NCBI GenBank assembly: GCA_937902895.1
Contig: CALELF010000144.1
Location: 1-62,698, forward strand
From: an uncultured Synergistaceae bacterium
GTDB taxonomy: Bacteria; Synergistota; Synergistia; Synergistales; Synergistaceae
Direction of reading: 5' to 3'
Length of the DNA: 62,698 nucleotides
Below, piece by piece: positions 25,501 to 37,500 of this stretch. The first letter of the stretch is position 1; each line of letters opens with the position of its first letter. The notes under the pieces were generated by a model, which was given only the letters and a program-made list of their open reading frames with translations, searched no databases and was not told the DNA's origin. Position numbers and translations under genes: made by a program.

Positions 25501-28500
25501 GATACCTCATCTGCAGTAAACCTTGCAAACTCCTTAAAAGAAGCGTTGGTTAGTCACAAGGCAGCCATAGCAGAAGCATACTTAAAGTCTGGTTACTCCG
25601 GTGGACTTATCTCTCTTTCAAACTATTTGACAAATTCTGTTAAGAAGGCGTCAAATGGCTTGACTTACGCCACAGACAAAAATGGTAATTTTGTTAATAG
25701 CGCTGGTTCAGCAATAACGAATAAATACTATGTTGCCGGTGAACCGAATGGCGATGGCACCTTTAAGCTAGTTGAAGTGTCAGACTCTGCTGCTTCAGTT
25801 GCTGGCTATACATTAACAGCTGATATGCAGGTTACAGGATACCATAAGGTAGTTGCTCTTAAAGCAGAAACAAAAGATGGAAAGACTACCTATTCCCCTG
25901 TTTATGAAAAAGATGCAAAGGGCAATTTTGCAAACATTGTTGGTCAGGGTGTATTAGCAGAAAAAGTCTATCAGAAGATGGACGATGATGGTAAGGTTTA
26001 TTGGGCAAGATACTCCAATGTTTCAAACCTTGGTGCCGGTAACTTTAATGATGAAAAAATTACCTTCAAGACACAGGCAGACCTCGATAAATTGGTCTTC
26101 TTGAATCAGCTTGGTGCTGCTACTGGTGACGATGCTGTAAAATATATGAAGAGTAGTGCAGATTCATATACACCATTAGCAAACATAAAGGGCACTCTTG
26201 ATGCAGGAATAGACGCAATTGCTGGTTTGCTTGATAAACTTGTTGCTTCCATCAATGGATTAACAGGCACAGACTTTAATAGCCCAGCCAAGACCTGGAA
26301 TTCAAAATACATGGTTTATCAGGATAGTGGCACCACAGCTAATAATACGGCGTGGACAGTTGACCAATTGACTGGTGCTGCAAAAGATTCAAAAGGAAAT
26401 CCTGTCTATGTTCCTGTTATGAAAACTGTTGATATTTCAGGAAAGGGTTATGAAACAGAAGCAGAAAGAAAGGCAGTCTATGCAAACGGCGACAAGTACT
26501 ATAGCCTTGTTGGTACATATGATGTCCCTGCTGTAACATCTTCAAGTTTCCAGACACTTGGCAAGGTCTATACATCTTCTGGCAATGTTGCCAAGAATAC
26601 AAAGAAACTTGGTACAGATTACTATCTTGCTGACACTAAAGGCAACGTTGTCAGCTGTGCCACAAAGCTTGCAAAGGATTCAGAAGGCAAAGAAGCTCTC
26701 TACACAATGCAAGTTACTGTTCCATACATTGCAAAAGGAGAAGTGCCTGTCCTTGATGCAAGTGGCAAGGCAAAGACAGATGCAGACGGCAAGGCAATAA
26801 CACAAACAAGCTACTATTACATGGACGCAGAGGGTAACTATTTGAAGCCAACAACTACCTATTATAAGAAGGAAGTAAATGGCACCAAGGTTACTTGGAC
26901 CGAGTGTAATGAGGCTGACTATAAAAAGTTGTCCTCTGATAACGGTTGGGCTGTCCAGACATGGGCAAAAACAGATAAACAATATACAGACAATACGAAT
27001 TTTGCAAGTGCCTCAAATTCATTAACAACAACCATAAAGGTTGGAGACAAAGAAGTTGAAGCATTTATTGATAACCGTGACACCTCAAAGAGTGCAACTG
27101 GCCTTGAGCCATTGAAGGTTACTTTTAAAGCTTACACCACAGACGTGGATGGTAACTTCCTTAACAGTAGCGGTAAAATCACAACCTCTTCAAAGGAATA
27201 TACAGAAGCTGTCCTTCGCGAGGCAAAGGCAACAGTGAACATTGCTTCAAATGCAACCACAACGATTGTAATTGGTGCAGATGCAGGAGAAGCACGTTTT
27301 GACGCGGACAAGAAAGAGCCACTCACAGAAAAGACATCTGCTCTTCCTGCTGCATCTGTAAACATTGCTTCATCTTCAAACGAAGCTATTTTGAACATTA
27401 AAGATGGCGCAACGATAACCACAAAGGGTCAAGCAACAATTGGTGCAAATGCAACCAAGACAGTAAAGACCACTTCAAAGACAGGTTCTCCAAACATTGC
27501 CTTAAAGACACTTGTAAAGCAGAAAAATGGAGAAGCCCCAGAAGGTTTTGTTGAAGACTATGCTTTCCCAATTTATGGAACTACTTCAGTTAGTGGAGAT
27601 GAGCCAATAGCTTACGCTTGCTATGTTGATGCATCTGGTGAGGTTATTCCTATCAAGAAAATTACTAAGGACGGTAAGGAGTCTTATCAGTTAGTGCTTG
27701 ATTGGAGCAAAACCCAAGAAGTCGATGACGGTAAGGGTGGCACAAAGGAAGTCCACAACGAATATGCCGAAAAATTGAAGAAGCAGTATGTCACGGATGC
27801 CAAAAACAAGGCTCAAACCAAGTATATAAACGATGCTTTAGATAAATTTAAGAAAGATCCAAAGAACAAAGACAAGTATTCTGACAAATATTTGTCAACA
27901 CATCCTTCGCTTTGGAAGACAGAAGAGTATGGTTATACATCAGAGGGATTAAAGGCTGCAGTTGAGGCTGCTGCAAATAAGGCGACGGAAGCTTGGAATG
28001 AAGACAAAAAGGCGAAAGATACTGATAAGGTAGGTGTTCGTACAGCAGCCCTTACCATAACGGATCCAAAGAAAATTATTGATTATCTCTTCACATACGG
28101 TGTTAACGTGAATACAGACACTGCTTGGGCAGATATAGCCTTCAATATGACAACGGGTCACAATACAGCAGATGTCAATATTGGAGAGGCAAACATTAGC
28201 AGTCTGGGTCAGGCTGGTCTTTCAGTTGAAGCAAAAGCAACCGGTAATTACAAGGCCGCTGCTTCTGCAAACTTTGGCACAATGACAGCACTTGAGTCTG
28301 CTATAAACCTCATGTTTGATGATTCACAAAGTAATCTCAATGTTGCAGATGGTGCGAAGATAAGTTCTGAAAGTGGTAATCTTTTTGTTGGTGCAACTAC
28401 AAAGGTCAAGGGTAATGAAGTCACAACGTCAAGTGGTGACAGCACAAGCAATAAGCTTTCAGACGCTCAGTATGAATACTATACAAAGAAATTGTTAGAC

Positions 28501-31500
28501 CCGTATCTCACCCCAACTAAACAAGAAGAGTCAAAAACAAATGAGCCAAGTGCTGCATACAAGCTTGGTGAAAAGATTGGTGAAACAATTGGTGAATTTG
28601 GATCTAAACTTTTTGAGGTTGTTGAAGAGAAGCTAGATGACTTTGGCAATATGATGAAGAAAAACTTCTCATTTGGTGCTGCAGTTGGAGTTGTATCACA
28701 GGAATTCACATCACACATTACAATAGGTAATAATGCGCAGATAACCTCAAGCAAGGGTGGAGTTACCATTTCAGCAAAGACAGACAATGCTGACACTAAC
28801 TTCAAGACCACCGGGACAATGATTCAAGTCACAACTACTGAGAATGATACGCCAAAGACCGTGGCAATAGAAACAGCAGTCTTGGTCGGTAATGTTACCC
28901 AGGATGCAACCCTTGATATTGAAAAGGGTGCCACAGTTTCTGGTAAGAATGTTGCAATAAAAGCTGATGCACTCAAGGAATATACAAGAGTTGAGGACCT
29001 AATCCAAGGCATTAAGGATCAGCTCATGATTCTCTGGGGTACACTCCAGGATGATGTTAGCAAGACAGCTGTTGCAAAACTTATGACACGCGTAAATAAG
29101 TTAATAGAAAAGGGCAAATCAAAAGGTATGATGGGTGCTCTGTCAAGCTTGAACTACGGTGATGTGGAGACCGTAAAGAGCTGGTGGTTTGAATTTAGAG
29201 AGATAAACTTAGAGCTTTCTTCCCTCAAAGCATTTACAAACAACCACTTCGCCAATACAGTTAAAGCGATAGAGGATCTTGTTGACGAAGCCTTGAAGAT
29301 GACAGATCCTAATAACTATGCAAACTATAACGCACGCACAGTTGCAGGTTTGGCAAACAATAAAAACCAGTATGGCAAAGAGATAGAAGGCGCAGCAGCC
29401 TCTGTCAATATAACAGGTAGTGTGGTTGTGTCAAATGATAATGCAAGGGCAAAGGTGAACATAGGCAAAGACGACGGAGAAGGCACGGTTAACATATCAT
29501 CCACAAAGGGTACTACTACTATCGCAGCAAACGGCGCTGTCAATTCTGTCAATTTCCTTGGCAATGGACAGAGTATGTTTGAGGCAAATGAATCACAGGG
29601 TGTTGGTGCAGGAGCAAGCGTCAATGTTCAAGGTTCAGATGTTGTCGGTCGTGTTGAAATTGGCGAAGGCACTGTAATAAATTCAGCTTCAGACTTGAAG
29701 TTAGAGGCCACCGGCAATGAAATGTTAGTTGGTGCAGTATTCGGTGCTGGTAAATCAACTACAAAAACTACAACAAACAACAACAATAATAATAACAACA
29801 ATAATAACCAAGGTGACCAAGGTGGTCAGGGTGGTCAGCAGAGCACTTCTGAAATTCAGGGACTCTCTATCCAGGGCATGGTAAACGTTATGCACGGTAA
29901 CCGTGATGCAGAGGTGAATGTTGCGAAGAGCTCACAGCTAACTTCAACGACAGCTGGTGTTTCTGTGAACGCTGGTTCAACAGACTACATCACTGCTGCT
30001 TCTGGTGCTTTAGCACAGGGTGATGGTGGTAGCATTGGAGCCGGCGTAGCAGTAATTGATTACGACCTTAAGTCTTTGGTCAATTTTGCAGAAGACACAG
30101 TTGTTACTGCAAAAGGTAATACTTCCTTCACAACTTCACAGCAGGGTGCAATGAATACAATCGCTATTGCGGGTGCTGGTGCTCCAGATGCAGATGGCAA
30201 TGGTGCGTTGGATAAGCTCAAGGGTGGTACTGATTCAATGAAAAAGAAGGTAACTGATACCTTTGATAACCTCTTTGCTTCAGCTGATGAAAAAGCACTT
30301 AAGAAGAAAAGTGGAGAAGGTCAGACTGCTGCTCAAGAGCGCAATGAAGCTAACAGCGGAAGTTCAACAGATATCGGAGAAGGTCTTGAAGGCGCTGGTG
30401 ATTTGCAGAACCAGGGTACAGACAGTGCAAAGGAGAAAGCTAGTGCTTGGGCAGGAGCTGGTAGCATATCTATCAACCTCCTTACAACTGCTTCAAAGGT
30501 AGATATAGAGAAGGCAAAAATCACAGTAACAAACGGTGATGTAACAGTCAAGGCATCTGATAGCAACTTCATTGGAGCCTGGGCTGGTGGTGGTGCCATC
30601 AATGTAACAGGCAACACAAAGAACAATGTTGGTGTTGCTGGTGCTGTTGCCTTGAATATTATAGATAGAACTGTTGATGCAATTATCAGCCAATCTGCTA
30701 TAAATGGCGCTAATAATTTGCACATCAATGCACTTTCTGCTGGTGCAGCTGTTACAGCTGGTGTTGCTCTTACTGCAAACACGGGTGCAGATGGTACTGC
30801 TGCTGGAGTTGAAATCTCTGCAAACGTCAACAAGGTTGATTCCACAGTTAATGCAAAGGCAGATAGACTTACTGTTAATAAAGTTCTTGATGATCAGAAC
30901 ATAAATATCTACAGTGGTCCAGATACCAATTTAGATGTTATAGCACAGACGGTTGATACGCAGGTGACTGGTGGTATCACAGTTGGTGTCACAAGTGGCA
31001 AGGAAAAAGCCGTAGGTGTTGGTGTGGTATTCACAGGCACGTTCTTAAAGAACAATGCGGATGCAAGGGTCATTGGTGGTGACTATGCTAACATGGGTGA
31101 CTTTGTCGTAAAAAGTGCTATGGCACCAAAGCAGGTTGCCGCTGGTGTTGGAGTTGGTGTTGCCACATCAGGTGAAGGCCAGGCCGTCGCCGCAAATGGT
31201 GTTGTACTTGTAACTACAACACACAACAAAGGCAACGCTATAATCGAAGCTTATCATGAAGATGAAGATGATGAAGAAAAGGCAAAGATTACTGCTTCTG
31301 GCAAAGTGAAGGTTGACGCACGTGACTCAATTACAAATGAAGATACAAATGCTTCAACCATTCAAGCACAGAAGACCGACCGTTATCTCGAATCAGTAGG
31401 TGTTGATGCAGACGGTAGCAATATATTGATATCACAACAGAAAGGTGAGGAGCAGACAAGTGACGATGCCAACCTTGAGAATACAAAGAAAGAAGTTGGT

Positions 31501-34500
31501 GAAACTGGTTATGAATCTGCACTTTACCGCAAAGACGCAGCAGATACCACAAGAACAGCTCTTACTGTAAATGCTGGAGTTGTTGTAAGTGTTGCCAAAG
31601 GTTCTGGTGACAACAATAGTGGTGCTGGTGGTGTTGCAGTTGCAGTTAACGTTATGGATCAAAGCCAGACAGCGAAGATTTCTGGTGCAGAAATCAATAC
31701 AACAAGCCAAGTGAAGGCAGAGGCTGATACAAAGAGCAAGGTTGTCAATGTTGCTGCTGGTGCAGCTGCGGCTTCTGGTGGAGAAAATGCAACGGCAGTT
31801 GGTGGTTCTGTCATTGTTAACTCAATGGACAACAAGACAAACGCCACAATAGAAAAGAGCACCATTAAAGCTGGTGAACTTGCAGCCGTTGCTACAAACG
31901 ATGCAATTGACGTTAATGTCACAGGTCAGGTTTCTGTTGGCAAAAACTCCGCAGGACTTTCCTTCATATATAATCAGAACAGCAGCGCGGCAAATGCAAA
32001 GGTATCTGCTAACACAATTACCTTTACAGACCCAACAGGTTTGAGTAATTTGCCAAGCTCATTTGATTCATTAACAGTAAAGGCAGCAAATATGGCTGGT
32101 CTCTACTCTGTTGCTCTTCAGGGTTCTGGTTCGACAGGTGGCAATGTATCAGTTTCCGGTGTTGTAGCGGTTAACGTTGGGACGCAGGATGCAGAGGCTT
32201 CCTTAGAAGGCGAGGCTGAAAACAAAAAATCTGTCATCACAAATGTTGGTGACGTTAAGGTAACAGCAGATAACTCTTCAAAGGAATATGCAATTGCAGG
32301 TAATGCCGCTGTTGGTACATCAAAGGTAGCAGCAGGAGCTGGTGTGGCATATAATGACATCGGTGGTTCTGGCACAGGTGACGCAAAGCAGAAAGCAGTT
32401 GCAACCCTTAGCAATGTTAAGTTTACAAATCCAGTAGAAAACAGCTCAGTTGATGTTATTTCAAAGGATGACGGTAAGATTTTGGCAGTTGCAGCCGGTG
32501 TTTCTATAGCTGGTGTTAGTGAGACAAGCTCCGGACTTAACGTTGCAGCTCAAGGTTCAGCTGGTGTCGCCCTTGTGAACAAAGACACTGCATCTACAGT
32601 CAAGAATATAGAGTACGAAAATGATGATACTAACTTCCATATAGTATCAGAAAACAATTCTGACGAAAGAACAGCAGCTGTTGTTATTGCGGCAGCTACA
32701 GGTCTTAGTGGTGTGGCTGGTGGTGCTGCACTTGGTGTAAACCGCATAATTTCTAATACAACAGCACAGGTTATCGGTAGCACAATATCTGCAAAGAACC
32801 TTGAAACAAAGTCAACTGCCGATGCAGACATCTTAAATATTGCAATTGGTGCTGCGTATGCTGGAGGCAGTGCAGCAGTTGCCGGTTCCTTTGGCATAAA
32901 CCTGATTGAAGAAAATGTATATGCAAAGATCAATAACTCTACAATTAACGCACTTGGTAATGTTGCAGCAGTTTCACAAAGCGATGAACGTATCAGAAAC
33001 TTTGCTGGTGCAATCGCTCTGTCAGCTGGCGCAGCAGCAGTAGGTGCAAATGTTGCAGTTAACCAAATTAATGGTAAAACTGGGACAGAAGTAGACGGTA
33101 GCGTTGTTAACGCAGAAGGTGAAGATGAAGAATACGTTACACATGGCAAGATTGCCTATGGAGAGTTAGATGCTTCAGAAGGTCGTTCTGATGATGGTAT
33201 GTCTAGCTCTAAGGCACAGTCCGTTGAGAAATTCCAGATTAAGGACTTCGAACGCGGAGACGTTAAAAACAAAGGCTTTATTGCAGACTCTTCATCAACA
33301 CATGCAATTCAGGCAGTGTTGGTTACAGCCGGTGGTGCAGATTCAGCAGCAGTAGAACTTGGTACAGATGTTAACCTTGTGAAAGGTTACACAAAGACAC
33401 TTGTTCAAAATACCAACATTAATACAGATCCAACAAAGGCAGGTGCGGTAGCAATTAGAGCCACAGATTTCACAAATAGCTACTCATTCCTTGTGAACGC
33501 TGGTGCTGCTACCACTGCAGCAGTAGCAGGTGCAGGCTCTGGACATGCAATTTCAAGAGATGTTACTGCAAATCTCACTGGCACAAGTCTTAAGACAGTC
33601 AATGCAAAAGACTTTGAAATTGCCTCACTTGTAAATTCTGGCATTTCTTCATTCGGTCTTTCAATTGCCGTTGCTGGTTCAGTAGGTGTTGGTGCAGCTG
33701 CTTCAGTTGCAAAACTCACTGCAAATGTTGGAACGGGTATTGAAAATTATAATATCAATACAACTGGCGATGCGAAGGTTACTTCAAACCGCACAACAGC
33801 AATAGGACAGGGTGCAAACGCTGGTGGTGCTGGTGGTTCAGTAGGTGTAGGTGCTGCAGTAAGCGTTATAGTAGAAGATGGCACACAATATACTACAATA
33901 AAAGATTCTAACATTATTTCCGGTGGTGAACTCAAGGTTGCAGCAAGCAACACCACTAGAATATTTGAAGAAGTTGTTGGTGCAGGGCTTGCAGGCGCAG
34001 TTGGTGTAACTGGTGTCGTTGGTGTCAATAACTTTACTAATAGTGTTGATGTCAAAATAACAAGTTCTGTTCTTGAAGCAAAAGATGATGTAAATGTCAA
34101 TGCACGCAACAATGTCAAGATGGAGACCTATGGTGGTATGCTTGCCGGTGGTGTTACTGCTGGTGTTGGAGCAACAGTATTTGTAAACCACATCAATGCT
34201 AACACTAGAGTTGCGGCAGACGATTCAACAATCACTTCTACACTTGGGGATGTTCTCATTGATGCAACAGAAGCACGCACACTTAACGGTGTCGTTGTCG
34301 GTGCTGCAATTGCGGGTACAGCGGGCGTTAACTGCAATGTCTTCTACACAGCAATTGGTTCAACTGAAGTTGCCCAGACAACTTATGATGAGTATCAAGT
34401 TGTTTCCACTGACAGTGAGGACGAAAAGAAGCAGCAGGCGCAAGCAAATGCAGCTTTGGCAAAGTTAGAAGAAGCTGATGGCTCGGGTGAAAATAGTACT

Positions 34501-37500
34501 GCGAGTAGAGTAGCGACAGGTCAAGCGAATGCCAATACAGTTACGAACAAATCTTTCCAGGCAGCAGGATTTGTTCAGCAAAATAAAGATGGTTCATCCA
34601 AATCTGGTATGAGCAGCTCTGAAGCTGCTGCAATTGCAGGAGCTATCTCAACAGATGCGACAAAAACTGTTAAAACTACCACAACAACTAGCTCCTATGC
34701 ACAGCAGACATCCGTCTCATTGAATAGTTCAGTTGTAACATCAGCCAAAAAGAACGTAAAGGTTTCTACAACTTCGGATACAAATGTTGAGGCAAACACA
34801 GGTGGTGCCGCAGGTGCTGGAGTTGCTGGCGTTGGCATTTCAATAGACATCTTGGATGTAAGAGCCAATTCCATTATTGATATTAACAAGTCGGATGTCA
34901 TTGCTGCTGGCGATGTAGATATCAAGAACAATGTCACATCCTCAAAGGGCATTAACCTTAGAAATGTTCAGGGTACTGTTGGTGGTATCGCTGGTGTTGG
35001 CGTAACACTTGGCAAGCTTGACATTGCAAACAACCAGATGATAAACATCCATGAGGCGACTATAGCTTCATCAAAGCCAGCTTATTCAACAAAAACCTTG
35101 ACTGCAGAAGACATTACACGTCTCGGTAATTCTGGAGTTGCCACTGTTTATGCAAGAATGAGACGCTCAACAGATATGAATGGCTACATGATAAATGAAC
35201 AGGGTCAGCATCTTGATGCAGACGGTAATGTGACAACTGATTCTTCCAAGTATGTCAAGTCAGATACAGAATATGTCTTTGATTGCTTCGTTGATGCAAA
35301 TGGTTACAAAGTTGACTTTGAGGGTAACTATATCCTTGATAGTGATGGAAAACGCATAAATATTGCATCAGACTCAGCCACATACACAGAAGATGCTGCA
35401 GGCAACATCATCAATTCAGATAAATACATTGCCGGTAAGAGATATATAGACGCAAACGGCGAAGAAAAGATTCAACCACTTGAATTAGCTGATGGTCAGG
35501 GTTCTGGTATTGCCGACATGAGATATTACCTTGGTGAAGTTGCAGGTGCATTCGGTTATCAGTTTGACAAAGATTCAGATGGTAACACAGTTGCATACCT
35601 CACAAATGCAAACGGTATCTATGTTGATAAGAATGGTGCTCCAATAGAGGCATACGAAAAGTATATGCCTGTTTATAACACCGATGCAACAAGTGAAGAT
35701 TATGGTAAAATAACGGGCTACAACCAAATAAGCTACGACGAAACACTCAAGAAAAATGTTCTTACACCTATTACCGTAGCACAGTACGAAGTAATATTAG
35801 CAGAGGGAGCTGCTGCACGAGTTAAGTACAGAGAGCTCGAGCACTCCGGTGGTAGTGTCACTGTGGCTTCCAACGACACAACAAAGGCGGAACTTAATGT
35901 TGACGCAGTTGCTGGTGGATTTGTTGGAATAGGTTCTACCTTCGCAGTTTTGACAAAGGCTTCAAATAGCAGTATTAACATTTCTGGCAACACTGTAATG
36001 TCAGCAGATGGTGACATTGATGTCAGAGCAGAAAACAATAGCTCTGCAAAATCCAACTTTATTGGTGGTGCAGGTGGTGCAGTTGCAGGAAGCGTTGGTC
36101 TTGCATTCTTAAAAGATACTTCCAACACGGAAGTGGAGATCATGCAGAATAATCAGCGTGCTGCCAATGATCCAAAGCTACCATTCTTAAAGGGTAATTC
36201 TAATGAAAATAGTGTCACAGCCTTGACAGCACTTGGCAATTTGAACATCGTAGCTTCAAACAACCCACACAACAGTGTTCGTGCAATATCTGTTGCAGGT
36301 GGTGCAATAGCAGGTATTGTTGTTACAGCCTTCAACTTCAACACTTTGGGTTCAACAATAAAGGCGGATAACTACAACACAATTGCTGGTAATAAAGTCA
36401 ATGTTAATGCAACAGTTGGTGACGCTTCCGGCAATGACTACACATCAAAAGTGTTTGTTGTAGCAGCAGCAGGTGGTGCAATAGCTGTTGGTGTGAACGT
36501 TGCCTTGGCAAACACAAAGAGTAATGTAAGTGTGGACCTTGGAAATACAGACTTTAGATTATATCAAGGTCTTGTTGATACAGATGTAACGTTATCTGCT
36601 CAAAACTATGCATTGCAAGACATGTCTATTACCTCTGTCACCGGTGGTGCAATTGCAAGCGGTTCAAACATTGTTATTGCAAGAAACACAGGTACAGTGA
36701 AAGCTTCTCTTGGTGATGGTAGTGCTGAACAGAGCAGTGATCCACTCGGTGCCACCCGTGCAACAAACCTTACAGTTGCAGCAGGAAATAATGCACAAAA
36801 TAAAATCAATGCATCTGGTAATTCAGGCGGTTATATTGCAGTTTCGCCATTTGCAGCTTTTGTAAGTGCAAAGTTGGAGGGTGATACAGAAATTGACCTC
36901 AAGGGCAAGATAGATGTAGATAATAATTTGAATGTTGATAAGACCTCTCTCTACACATCTAACATTAAGGCATGGACACTTGCGGTAGGAAAGTTTGCTG
37001 GTGCAGGTGCGTTTGCCTTTAACACGATAAACGCAGACCAGGGTGCAAATAGTGGTGTCAATGTTCTCGGCAACATTACAGCCAAGAATGCCAACATTAC
37101 TTCCACAAACTCTTTCAGCGTCAACAGAGCAAAGGGCTATGAACAAACAGCTTCCGGCTTGATTCTTACATACGGTTTGGGAATTGGTGGTTTGGCTTCT
37201 GCTATAACAGCAAGAAGTAACTCTGATGTCAATTTCAAAGCTGGTTCTTCACTCACAACAGATGGCAATCAGACAATCATTGCTAGAACCCTTGGTGATA
37301 TAAATAACGATACAAACGGTGATGCTACAGGTCTTATTGCAGCTTCCGCCTCAGTATCAAAGGCAAATGTTAAGTTTGATCAGGGTGTTAATATTGAGCA
37401 AGGTGCAAGTTTGAAAGACAAGCATATTGCTTCAGATGAGAGTGACTTAAGCCACCTCACAATCACAGCATATAATGATACAAATCTTTCAAACTATGCT

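Noticed and set aside
29776-29808. The poly-Asn coding tracts (also 46357-46392) as slipped-strand phase-variation microsatellites.
   Set aside because: The codons are irregular AAC/AAT mixtures, so there is no perfect trinucleotide repeat longer than 3 units. Any slippage would be in-frame anyway.
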